Shown piece after piece: positions 1-15,839 of a DNA stretch of 44,106 bases. The translations under genes and the position numbers were made by a program. The notes under the pieces are model-generated. The model worked only from the letters and a program-made list of their open reading frames with translations. It made no database searches and was not told the DNA's origin. Origin of the DNA: Spirogloea muscicola (lineage: Eukaryota); NCBI GenBank assembly GCA_009602725.1, contig WELB01000031.1, forward strand, positions 327,331-371,436, read 5' to 3'. How positions within the stretch are numbered: the first letter of the stretch is position 1; each line of letters starts with the position of its first letter.

Positions 1-3667
<3,667 letters not shown>

Positions 3668-4663
3668 TGCGAACACACACACAACTTCATGGTTCAAAAT
3701 ATGATGCGAGTAGGGGGTTAACCATGCTTCAAGTGCAACAATCACTACAAAACCCAGAAAGTACTTGCGTCCACACATAGCCTGATGAGCTTCTCACGAA
3801 TTCAAGAGACTATGCCAAGATTGTCTGTACTGAAGAACACGGTGGTGCAATAGACCGAGCTGGCCCTGCAGGCAGCACCATCAACTGACAATACTGTGTG
3901 CTGCTTTTGTGTGGCAGGTCACACCACCATGCAGATAGCTGTGCAGCTCTTGGCCTTGGCCATCCTACGGCTCCCACTCTGCTCATGCTGAGCACATTTT
4001 TCCCTTAGAACCCGGCAATTACCCTCTTCAATAATTGCTATAGGACTCATTCCTTATGCCAATGCATTCAAAACAAAGTCAAGGAAGACGTCAGGACAAA
4101 AGTGCAAGAAGCTGCACCTTGTCATTCTTTATTTTTTTCCAAGAACAGATACACAGCTACCCCAGCCACACTGATGATGGGTAATATCCTGTTGCCCATG
4201 TCTGCCAGCAATTAAGCCTGCTGATGCAAGCCCTCGCTCGGCCACCGCTTGGACTTTCCTTTACATGAGAGGCATGATATTTGCACATTCACAGACTTTG
4301 CTTGCAAGTAGCACTTCAGAAGCACCTAGAACTCCAGCCTTTTGATGGCGTGAAGGCGAGAGTAAGACGAGACACCATCCTGCATAGTGGACTTCAAGCG
4401 TCCTACTGTCCAACTGTTGATTGCTTGGCTAGACAGCTTGAGATCACTTAGTGCACCAGTCGGAAGCTTGTAGTACACCCTTTCTAATGACAAACTCACG
4501 CGGTTGTTGTTCTAAGCCCCCTTGAAAGATCCATCTTCTAAAAGCACAGGCAGCATAAGTAGGCAAACTAAGAGTTGATAAATAAGCACGAATTACTACA
4601 CCTAGACCGACTGTGCACATTCTTGCATCAAACAGAACCAGAAAGTGTCCTGCTAAAAGGGTG

Positions 4664-7600
4664 TCAAAGGTCAGAATGTGGGCGGAAGCGTTGCACCACA
4701 TTTTCCAGCATAGACTGCATCGCGAGGAAGTCACCCCTCAGCCTCTCATGGTAATCGTACATGTCCTGCAAGACGAGGGTTTTATTTAGGAACTATTTCA
4801 ATTACATGTGGTTTGCTTGGCGGCCAAGCTACAGTAAGAAGGCAGCTTGGAATGAGGGCTGTTCACTCAAAGCCATCGACAACATGCTACAAGGTGGGCA
4901 CGACGTGATGCTCTTACTTGCATGTAGTTGTAAAGTGCAATAGTGTCGGGCTCCTTCTCATCGTCAGACTCCGAATCAGCAGGCAGCTCTGGACCCGTCA
5001 TGATAACATCAGGTTAGCTCGAGGGTCCAAGGGCTATACAGCAGACGATAAGTCATGGCGAAGCCTCAGAATCAAGCTCAACAGACAACTTGCATTCAAG
5101 GAAGCGACTCCAAAGTAGGGACTGGGACTGGCACAGTACCTGGAACAGAGGGCAAGAGCTCGGCATTCACTAGCCACGAGGGCTTCTTGTACGTACGCAC
5201 AATCATTCCCCTGTGCTCGGATGCACTCCCCAAGCGCTCATCCCGCTTTGGGATCTTCCTCTTCTTCTTGGCCCGTTTGGGGCCGACTGGATCAGGCAGC
5301 AGGCCTGGAAGATTGACATGGGGCGGCCTCAAGTGGCTCAGCTGCCCAGAGAACTGCTGGAAGAGGTGCACAGGCTCGGTCAGTCCATGAAGGACCTGCA
5401 GTAGTCCACACAGCAAGGCCACGTCAGCTTCGATGGAGGATTACCTCGTGACGTTTTGACCTGACAGTGAAGCATAGGAACGCTCCATCGATCTGATAGG
5501 CAGCGCTGCTGTATGCACCTTCTTGCCAAAGGTCTCATGCTGCTGCTGTATCAGCTCCTGTTCCTCGGACACCGTTCTATCCAAGTGTGGCTTTGCCGTC
5601 TCCTCCGCGTCTCCGTTCAGAGACAACTCGCTGTCGTGCAAATGAGTGCCTGGCTCCGACGGTATCCTGATGAGATCGGGCGGATGAGCGGCTGGGTGCC
5701 TGGCCCTGCTCTTGTGTACCTCTCCTCGCTGCACAAACATAATCTATGTCCAGGTGAGGCCTGTCCAAGGGGTACACCTTCAAGTTCTTAAGGAACTTGA
5801 AGGTGGAAAGTACCAGACAAGACATCTAGTAACCAAACACTGGCAATGAGACTCGACTTAGATGTGGTGCTGGACCCTGAGCTTTCTGTGCTTTGCTTTG
5901 CGTGGGAGGCAGCGAGGAGCTTAGCACCACCCACCTTGATGGGCATAGGTGCCGCTACGTCTTGGCCTTCCTCCAGGTCTGCGGCTCCACCTGCTTCCTC
6001 CTCCATCACTTTCTTCTGATAAGCTGCCTCCTCTTCTTTGGCCACTTGCTGCAGGCTCTCCCAAAGGGAAGACAAGTAAATGAGAATGACTTCGCTAGCA
6101 CATAGCTGCACAAAGACACCTCTTGATTGCGCCTCATGACAGATCATCTTCAACTCCTTCACACTGGAAAGACTGCAGGAGCTCTAGAGCATCCAGAACC
6201 TCACCGCAGAAACATGCTTCTCCAGCTTCTTTATCTGGTACCACGTTGACAACCCAAACCTCCTGATCTTGTCCTTGGTCTTTGGAACAGCCATTGGGGG
6301 AAGATTACTGTGTGTGTGGGGCATGCTCCCCTTGGGTTCTGTCATTGCTTCCGCCCCATCAAGTCCGCTGCCCAATGGAGGCGCTCCTTGCATGGTCCTA
6401 AGCATGCGCCCAAATTGAGCATACCGCACATACAACCGAATCTGTAAAAGACAAGCAAGACCTCTGTCTGAGAGTAGCCCTGAGTCACTTGCACACTGGA
6501 GAACTACGCCTGTCACCCCTGCAAGTAGTGCAGTGGTCAATAATAATCGCATGGGGCCAATGGCTTTATGAGATGCTGCAGGAGAGGCTGTCAAGTGAGG
6601 AACGTGCTGATTGCCCCGCCCACCTTGTCCCACCGAGCGCGAGCAATACGTCTTGCCTCGAGGCGATTGAGCAGCTTATCATCGTACCGCAGGTACTTGA
6701 TGAAAATCTCCGACTGCAAGACGCATCAAAAAGGGTTCAAGGATGTAGACAGTGACCTACTCCTACCTTCCCACATGGTTGACTAACAACATCAATAATC
6801 ACTACGCCTACAGCAGCGAAGGATTGCACTTCCTACTTCTAACAATGGCAGAAATTGCATGCACGGAAAGTACCATGGAAAGAAACCAGTAAAATATGAT
6901 CATGGCAAGCGAGTAGATCCCTCCAATTCTGGATAAAAGAGTTACTGCCAACACAGCAAGCAGACTGTGTCAGCAATGCCCTGCATATCATAAATGACAA
7001 AGCAGAGGCTTTGGAAACCTTGAACAGTGGTACTCCAAAGACTACCCAATACTTCATCAGCAAGCTGAGCGCTGAGCATCGATGACATACAGATTCCAAA
7101 AGACGACTGGTGGTCCGTCTCCACCAGATAGGCTGAAAGGACTTCAGTGGATATTGCAATAGAGACTCCACTCCGGTTGGCAAGGGCTGCCTGCAGGCAT
7201 GTTAGACGAGCCAATCTTTAATGCTTATTCCAACTACATAGTACATTGCAAATGACAGCAAGCAAGTCGAAAGTCCTGCTCAAGGCAGCAAAAAACCAAG
7301 TTCACTGAGATCAAATACAAGACTTCCCACAGCCAAGCGCTATCTTGTGCTGAGTAGTACCACACCTGGAGCTCTGCTGTAGTTGTGGAGTAGGACCCAG
7401 AGGTGAACTCATGAAATGTCACCTGCATGAGCATAAGATCATGGTCGCTCTTGAACTTTCTGGGCACAAGACTGCACTCATCAAAAGAACCCCAGAAACG
7501 AGGTGTGTGAGAATATAGCCAGAAGTGGAAATGACACATATACTGCTGTCATGGGAAAGGCTCGTCCATTCCTTCCCTAGGTGCAATATGTAAAGTACTC

Positions 7601-9929
7601 CTCGAGCAAAATTTTATTGTCCTCAAGTGGCTCGACACGATAACATTGTCAGCAAATATTGCCGATTGTACGTCCCAACCGTACTGCTGCAGGTCTTTAT
7701 ACAACTACTTGACATGAACGAACCCAGGATGCTGAGGCAAATCAGATTGCATGCTTTGCATTGGGAGTTAGTGTAGACCTGAGCCCGATGACATTGGACT
7801 GTGGACCTCTCAGCGTGGCATTTGGAGCAATAGTGCCATTGGAGCCACCCTGAAGTTGACCCGTTGCATAGCTGGACCGCATCTTTTTCTTCTTGTTGCC
7901 GAAAATGCGCAAGGAGAACTCAAAGCCGACAGCAGTTGCTACCAGCCCCTGCCATAAACCATTTGACCAAGCAAGTGCAGGACCAAATGAGTGCCAGTCA
8001 CCTTGCCATGTCATGTTCAAGCCAAGACATGGAAGCCAGCCGAAGCGATCAAGTTCTGTCGATTGAAGGGTCAACAAAGAAGTGCATTCTCAAAGGGTGT
8101 AATTCATCAGTCAAGCTTGCTCTCACTTAATCTCCCTGCCAGAACTGATGGCAGGATATCCTTGACATTTTATATTAGTGGTGCAGGAAGCAAGGTGTGC
8201 TCACAAGGTCAGGCCTGTCAGCATATTGGAAAGCGATAATGTAATTGTCTTTCGCAAATACGCAGTCGGTACAGAGTATCCTTGTCCGTGGGCCGCGAGG
8301 GGTGTCGGTGCAGGTGAGCTGTGCGATCTGAGTTAATGACTGTGTTCGATTATCCAGGCCGGACCCGCCAGACTATATGCAACCCAAGTGCATCCACAAC
8401 AGAAATCTCTGTCAGCCCTGCTTATTTTCCAATCCACACGACATTGCAGCTAGCAGCAGAGAATTGAGAATAGTAACTGCAGGCATGCAGCTTGGAGCCG
8501 ACCAACTGGAGCTGACTCAGTCAGCCACCGATAGCAACAGAGAAGAATGCACAAAGAAGCAGTACTCACAGTGAGGCTATTGAACCCCTGAATCTGAGAG
8601 CATTTCAGGTTGCCAATGGTCGTGAGGTTGTAGTCAAGTGTGTTCTTGATATTGATGATGTCATTGCCATTGGTGGGCAGCAGATTCTGAACTGTCACAG
8701 TCTTCTTTGTCACAAATTGGTAGAAGAATCTGCAGCCACAACGCTGGGAAGTATCAGCAATGTAGCTTGGTGATACTAAAGAAGCCTGTCAACTGGATGG
8801 CTTGCATAATGCTGAACAGCAGCGCGACTTCCGACAGCAATTGCTGGGGCTGAGAAGCTTAGTCAATTTCATGTGTCCAGACGACCTGATTAGCTCAATG
8901 ATGTTGGTGTCAACCACCATATGAAAGAAGTGGGGCGCTGCATGGTACTCTTACAGCCTTTTACACAACATGTTTGCAGTATGCCAGCACTAGCAGCAAT
9001 ATGCAACTACAAAGGAGAGGCACTGCTTGCATGCCAGCATTGCAAGGGAGATGTCGTCACTAGCTAACAGTCAGGGGTGCACCCCAGCGAGATGCCGACG
9101 AGGAAGATGTAGGCACCGATGGACAGCATGCCGCCCAGCTCGGTCTTCCTCTTGACCTGACATTTTTGCTCGTCCTGACAAGAGCAGATGTTTCTAAATC
9201 AGCAGACTATAATTACACTGCCGCTCGCAAGTAGCTGGGTTGTCCACAAGATGGCCGACCAAAAGATCGAGACGAGCATTGTCACAGACACCCTTGACGA
9301 GCTGCTGCTTCTAGTCTGGTTTGTGGTGAGGTTTTCAGGGGTGCCATTATCAATGCATTGGCAAGTCAATCATCCTCGCTAAGAGCAAGCCGTTCAGCCG
9401 ACTGGCCATGATCAACTAGCAGCTGCATGGACTCTCCATCTTCCACAGGACCGATTGAGGAGAAGCTGCCGCCGCTGCTTCACACCAGCCTCGCACTGCA
9501 CCATCTCATGACAATGATGCATAATGACGAACAGCACGAGGCGAGGGTGGAGGCGGGGCAGCTGACGGTGTAGTGGCGCTTGGCGAAGGCGACGTCGATG
9601 CGGGAGACGATCCAGCGGAGGCGGAACCAGACGCCGGTGAAGGGCTTGAAGCGGAGGAAGAGGCAGGCGAGCGTCCAGGCGCCGAGCAGCGAGAGCGTGA
9701 AGATGAGGAAGGCGTTCTGGACGTGCGTGGAGTCGTCCAGCGTGCGGATGGTGAAGTCGGGCGTGAAGCCCGAGGCGGACGTCTCGGACGCGTACTGCCG
9801 GTTCTCCTGCGGCCGGAAGTCGGCGCAGGCGCCGCCGCCGCCGGAGGCCGGCGCGAAGAACCCCGGCGGGCAGATGCACGTCCGGTTCACCAGCGTCGCG
9901 CCCGCCGGGCACGACGACGGCGCCGCCAT
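4664..9929 (-). CDS. Conserved plant multi-pass transmembrane protein of unknown function (multi-exon)
   Basis: Phase-consistent GT-AG exons: 9929-9567 (MAAPSSCPAG...WFRLRWIVSRIDVAFAKRHYT), 9174-9083 (KRKTELGGMLSI), 8729-8570, 8372-8205, 7948-7779, 7471-7366 (VTFHEFTSGS), 7190-7091, 6944-6874 (LLSRIGGIYSLAMIIFYWF), 6713-6624 and 6441-~6205. Several poorly resolved low-complexity exons lie at 4920-6050. The last exon is 4765-4664 (DMYDYHERLRGDFLAMQSML...TGA). The motifs resemble a recalled land-plant uncharacterised protein family (KRKTELGG, FLADLGGLY, LYEYNVMLREK). Confidence 0.8.
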
Positions 9930-10048
9930 GGCGGCGAGCTTGCGGCGGTGGCCTGGCTCAGCAAGGCCCACTGCGCTGCCAAGGCCGGCGATATGGTGTG
10001 CCTGGAAGCTCCCGAGACAGGCCCGGCGCCGTGCGCCGGATACCGGGA

Positions 10049-10314
10049 GCCGCTACCGCCGCCGCTACCGCCGCCGCATCCGCCGCCGCCGCCGCCGCCG
10101 GGTGGGGGCCTTGAAGACGGCTCAGGAGCCGCCGGCCATGCCGCGACAGGGCTCCGCTACTTCCCCGGCCGCCTGGCAGACGCTCCCGCCGGTCAAGCCG
10201 CGGGCAGCTCCCTCTCTTCGCGCCGCCGCCGCCGCAGCCGCCTCGGCCGCCGCCGCCGGTCGCGGCGGGGAATGCGGCGGGAGATGCGGCGGGGAATGCG
10301 GCGCAGGGAAATGC
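10049..10314. repeat. GC-rich (CCG)n tracts and a 12-bp tandem (GCGGGGAATGCG-like x3-4) upstream of the membrane-protein gene
   Basis: ccgctaccgccg repeats at 10050-10100; gcggggaatgcg / gcgggagatgcg / gcggggaatgcg at about 10265-10314. Confidence 0.7.
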
Positions 10315-10344
10315 GTGTATATTAAGAGATGGGGAGGCCATGTG

Positions 10345-10457
10345 TGGCCAAGTACAAAGGCAAGCACATTGGACAAATGTACGTCACCTGCTGCTAAGCT
10401 GACCCGCTCAGTAACCACGAGTCAGCACATAGAGGTCGCTAGCTGACGCTCGAATAC
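10345..10457 (+). repeat. Dispersed repeat, copy A (direct copy at 15980-16089)
   Basis: An identical 25-mer TGGCCAAGTACAAAGGCAAGCACAT occurs at 10345-10369 and 15980-16004. An identical 14-mer TGACCCGCTCAGTA occurs at 10400 and 16032. ACATA.AGGTCGCTA and GAATAC follow collinearly. Confidence 0.85.
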
Positions 10458-10958
10458 CGGACGGCAATTGACTAGCTCTTGTGCCAGCAGCTAAGNGGGC
10501 TGTGGGGCTCCGGGCCAGCTGCCCGGCCGCGGGTAACTGTCCGCGCTGCCTCTTTGTAGCGTGATTCCTGGGCTCCAGGAAACAGGCTACGTACTGCGGC
10601 CAGCGTGCTCGGAATGGAACACCGATTTGGGCATGAGCGGGCTGCGACGCCCGTGGAATAGTTTCGCTGCGGGGGGGGAGGAACCCCCGCAGTCCCGCCC
10701 CTGCTGAGCTGACTCACCCGCCCGCCACGTGGAGCGCCCCGTCCGGGGGGGGGCCCGCCGCTCCACGGATGCCCGGACTGCGGCGCCCTGCGGCAAAGTT
10801 CTGCGCCATCGCCGAATTCTTGACGGTGCCGCGGACTGCCCACCCGAAGTGGGCAGCACCCGACTTTCTGGACCCTTGTTGATTTCGGCGCCTGCAAATT
10901 GCCGTGAAAGCAACAGGGCCTTCCCTGCTCGTAGCCCCTACCCCAGTGCCAGTACCAG

Positions 10959-10989
<31 letters not shown>

Positions 10990-13900
10990 TGCGGAGGACC
11001 GCGGCGGGCCTGCCCCTGCGTACCGGCTCCGCCGCCTGCGTCGAGCTCCTCGACGCTTTTGCTGAGCAGGTCCCGGCGCCGCAGACCCCAGCCCGACGAC
11101 TTGCACCCGCCTTTCTCAGGTCGAGGGTTCGAGTCTGCCGCCGAGCAACAACTCCACCGCGCTTCTTGCTCACCAGCTCTGCTGTGCTCCTTGTCCCTGA
11201 GCCGCTGCACCGGGAGATCGTGGTCGGGACTCTGTCGTCCGCACTTCAATGGCTGACCTCTGCCGGCTGATTTTATACAACATAAAGTGATAGGCAGTTG
11301 GGGTGGAATTGAGGGTCTGGGCCCTCGACTCACTGCGCTCTACCCGATTTCTGGACGAGCTCGGATGTCTAGCACGCTGGTTCCACGCTTAGGCCCCATC
11401 GGAGAGGCACCGAAGCCTCCTCCTGATAGCAGTAGCGCCCTGCTGAGCACACGTAAGAAAAAGAGTTCAAGAATCATACACTTGTCGCGAATTGCTCGTC
11501 GCAAATTTCTTGACTTAGAAGAATGACTTAAGAGACTACCGCTTCAAGTCTGTCTTTTCTGGAGGATATCTAACTCCCCATACATCAATTAATACTTGAA
11601 GTGTCACCAACAATGTGGGCTTGCAGGTGCTCAGCTACGGCGCGGAGCCCCGCGTGGTGCTGCGCGCCGCTGCCGAGGACCCCGCCTGCACGCTAGCCAA
11701 CGGGCTCGCCGCGGGCCACTGCCTCGCCCGCCCGCACGGCCTCGCCGCCGCTGCTCCGTACCTGGACGCCGCACGCGCCACCCGGGTGCGGCAGTGCACC
11801 GGTCCACCGCCTGGAACAGCTGCCGCGATTGCTTGAGCAGGGCCGGCTGGCTCGGGCTTCTGGCGGCGATGCTGGGCCTGCCAGTGCCAGTGCCTAATCC
11901 TAGATTTGAACCCTAACCTAAACTCTCAAATTCTAAACCCTAAACCCTGGTTGGCCTTGAGGCCAGAAGATTATTACCATATCATAATTGAGCTCAAAGT
12001 CGTCGTTAACAACTGCTGAAAATCATCTGCCAAATCTTCTTGGCGGTTGGCAGGACCAGGCGACGGACTATGAGCGCCTGGTTCTGCGCTCTGTGGAGGC
12101 CGCTGCCGATGGGCGGCCTGATGACGCCCTCCAGCTCCACCTTGAGGTCAGCCGGCAGGATGTCCGCAATCTGCTGCGTTAGCTCATGCTGCTGGTCATG
12201 CTACTGTGCATGCGACCGACCACCAACAGCTGTGCCGCCGGCGGTGACCTCCTTCCGGCAGAGCAGCTGGCGCGGCGATGCCCGCTTGATCTGCTGTCGG
12301 TGAAACGAGGCCAGACGCTGAGCTTCTACCTTGGCCGCCAGGACGTCATGCTCCAGCTCGCGGAGATGGTGCGCTTGCTCCTTCAGAGTCTCTAGACCAA
12401 GTCTGCATCACAGGGTTGCATAGTGTGCCGTGGTTTGACTGTCAGAAGTAAAGCTAAATAGCCGGTCATCCATGCATTGCATACAATGGCAGACTGCTTG
12501 AGGGTCTGCATCTCAGGCCTGTGATTTAGATAGGCTTTTGGATGTTAAGATCTCCAATGGGTTCACAGCGAGGAGCATTGAGCGTTTGCTCCGCGGCTCT
12601 CAGGTGCTGCCAGCAAACGGTGCCGCGCCCTACCTCCAGGGCATGCTGGCCTTTGCGCTGGTCGAGGTGGACCGCTTCCAGGAGGCCGAGGGGGCAGCAC
12701 GCTGCGGCCTCGAGCTGCTTCCCTCCGACCAGTGGTCTTTGCACTCGGTAATCTCGCCACATCATGCACAACCACTTCTGAACATTCAGAGATTTCTGAC
12801 TAATGTGTGACTCACGTTTTTAAACTTGATGTATACCAGGATCAATTTGTTCTGGCAAGTGTGCTGACGGAGCCGACACTGAGCTCTTATGCAGCTGTTG
12901 CACGTCCTCCACGAGACATGCCGATACACAGAAGCGCTCACTCTGGCTGCACAGAACCAACATTGCTGGCCCTCACGATGCTCCTTCCTGTGAGAGCTCA
13001 AATGGACATTGCGTCTGCTGCGCTTTGATAGCAATGAAACCAGGCTCCAGGCACTGCTGGGCAAAGTTGAGCACAAGCTGCTGCCTTTGCCCTCGCAAAT
13101 TCGTAGTAGTTGAAGATGCAGTGTCTGGCGTTAACAAGGAGATAGTAGCATAACAATATGTCATTTGGGACATACAGATAAGACTTAGTCTGAGCAGCCA
13201 GCGCAAGCTCGTCGTGGCCACCAGGTATACGCACAACTGGTGGCACGTAGCACTTTGCCACCTGGAGCGTGGGGCGCCTGGCCATCTGCAGGCCGTACTT
13301 GAGATCTACGATACTCACCTCTGGGCTGCGACGGCGCTCGCCACCACCGACAATGGCGCCTATGCAGCCACTAATCGCGCCGGAGACAAAAGCTGTCCCC
13401 AGGTGTCGCGTGCCGCTTATGCTGCTTATGCTGCTTTTGGTGGGTGTGGCACCTGTCCATAAAATGACGACTGTGACGATCATGAAGAAAGGGGCCATAT
13501 TAGTTTCATGTTCTGGTGAAGACCCCTTGTGATGCATCTGGCATTGAGATGCCGAATTTGTGACGGCCTTTGGATACAGGACCAGCTGAATGCCCTCGAC
13601 CTGCTTCTGCGGCTGGATCTCCGGGGCCATGACGCATATGTTGACGAGCGCATTGCTGGCGTGATTGCGCACGTCATTGACCAGGTACGAGTAGAAGCTC
13701 ACTTACGTAGCCCGGGAGATCAAGGCTTCATACATGTCACAGTCATTAAGAAGGATTGTTAAGCTTGGTGGGGATGATGCTTGACAGTTGTGTGTTAAAG
13801 TATGTGCGGCTGGATTGCTCATTGGTTGTATCTGATGCCCTTATTGTGCAAAGCAGATTCAGTGGCATGGAGAGCTGCTCCTGGACCTCCTCATGGCATG

Positions 13901-15192
13901 GGCCCTTTCGCGCAAACCCAATTCCATGACTCCTGCTGCCGCCTTTATGAGGAGCACCGAGGCCAGGTGATGATCGGAGTGGGACTTCATGCTTTCCTCT
14001 GAGCTGCTTCACGCCCAATGATGTGTGGATGCTGCCCTGGCACCATCGTCATCTTGGCTGCAGCTCTTGAATAAGTCAATGGTGGACGGCGCACGAGCAG
14101 GGTTGAGTCGATGCCAAAGGCACGGTGTGCAATGATGAGAGGCTGCTACCTCCCTGTAAGCTGGTTACGATGCCTGGTGCCCCGCGTGCAATGTGTGCCC
14201 CTTCCAGACCCGACTCTCCTGCTGAGCGCAGCAAGTTCAAGTACCTCTTGCGGCGACACGCGTTTGTCCAGGTAGCCAAGGCAATGCAGGCGTTTGCCAG
14301 AGAGCAGTACACGGACGCATGCCAGGCTCTTGGAGATGGCTTCTCAGCACGCTGCCTAAAGGTAGGACCCCTGCACTATCCGCTGTGGCCCCTCAGGCTA
14401 CACGTCTGATGGAGAGTCTAATCTAGCATGTTGAAGCTTAGCCTCTGATAAGCTGTACTTTGCAGCCCATTGGAGCGTCAAATGAGCAGCTCGATGTGTT
14501 CGAGGAGGTCCACTGCCTGGCTCTACTGCGCAGCGGTCGACCATAACTTGGTGAGGCACCAACGGTGTTTGCTGGCTACTGAGCTGCACACTTGCTTGGC
14601 TTCTGACAAGTCATGAAGACCTTGACTATCATTGGACGTTGTTGATATGATAATGTTCTATTTTGATAAACAGTGAGCCCTTTTCATCAAAGGTCAGTTC
14701 AAATGCAGAGGTACAGTTTACAATCATCTTCGGAGAGTGACGTTTTTCCTTGGCCTGTCCAGCGCATGACCTCCTGCAGCTGAGGGCAGCCAAGCACGGC
14801 AGCGTGGTGTTTACTTCAGCACTGATGGTAAGGTCGACCACCGCTGCCCCACTGCCTTTCTTTGCTGCAAGGGGCGGCAGGGGTAGCTTATATGCTGCTC
14901 TGGAAACTTTTTCTCTGAAGCAGCTCCTTGGTGTACTTCTTGATCCATTGATGTTGCACACTTGCCTTTGACAAATCATTGCTAAGAGAAAATTCATACT
15001 AGTTTCTCTCGAAGACTGGGTCATGATTCCCTGTCCTTCACACTTCAACTGCATTGACAGCCAAGTCCCACAATTGCACCCGATAAGTTTCCAGCCCAGC
15101 TTATTGAACTGATCCTCAAGTGGAAGGCTGATGATTTGCAGGCTCAGGCACACCAAGCTCAGTGTAGAGCGGGCAGTTTGGATCACGTCTGA
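10959..15192 (+). CDS. TTC38: Tetratricopeptide repeat protein 38-like (TTC38 family); start codon not visible; in-frame TAA at 14544-14546
   Basis: Phase-consistent exons: ~10959-11069, 11627-11785 (VLSYG), 12054-12146, 12267-12368, 12604-12747 (YLQGMLAFAL...DQWSLHS), 12895-12989, 13225-13402 (YTHNWWHVALCHLE, the family signature), 13580-13684 (LNALDLLLRLDLRG), 13857-13966, 14101-14155, 14272-14361, 14466-14550 (IGASNEQLDVF), 14763-14827 and 15142-15192. Confidence 0.85.
11909..11948 (+). repeat. Degenerate interstitial telomeric (CCCTAAA) / telo-box motifs in TTC38 intron 2
   Basis: aaccctaacctaaactctcaaattctaaaccctaaaccct. Confidence 0.65.
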
Positions 15193-15839
15193 GGCTCAGC
15201 AGATTGTCTTGTGCTGTTCCAATGTACCTCTGTAGAAGCCCTGCAAAGACAGTTGCTTGAATATGGGAGACATGCAGCAATGCTTGCTGCTCATCCCCTC
15301 AAGATTGCCGCTGCGCTGCCAGCAGCAGCCCTATTTACTGTGCCATTGTGTATATAATGAAAGGCTTGCTTTGTGACAATTGTTGCAATCAAGCAACGTG
15401 CTCAATCGTGAACTTAGGTATACTGCCCGTTTCAGACCTGGTTTTGATGTGGCGTTAAGTTTGGCCCTTGTTGAAATTAAGCAACTTGCTTAAAAAGCAG
15501 ATATTAGTCACAGAAGGGTGTGACGTTATGACAGGTGCCAAAGTAGCGGTAAAATGACTTTGGAGCCGGAGATAGCCTGGTAGAGATAGCCTGGCGGCGA
15601 CACCTTTTACACTAAGAGCGAAAACAATTCCTCCTATTATGTCCACGCGTATTGCCACATCACCATCCTTGTCACATCGACAAAAACTATGCCATCGACG
15701 GGAACCGCACGACAGGGGGGCATGCAGGTTCAGGGGACTTGCGTGTTTGGCCGAAATGGACGGCCAAACAGAAAGCGGCTCTCACAAGTGGGGCGCAGGC
15801 TGTGAACAGCCAGATTAACAAGTGTTGACAAGGTCCGAA

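Noticed and set aside
4400..8250. Apparent degenerate LINE or DNA transposon (KSDH motif, ET.H...C pattern, RCSLC)
   Set aside because: These pieces resolve as phase-consistent exons and introns of the minus-strand membrane-protein gene; there are no RT or transposase motifs.
10560..10880. RNase P/MRP or hammerhead identity for the structured segment (minus-strand GAAAGTC, CGAAAC)
   Set aside because: No matching partner strand for the P4 helix and no CUGANGA core were found, so it is left as unclassified structure.
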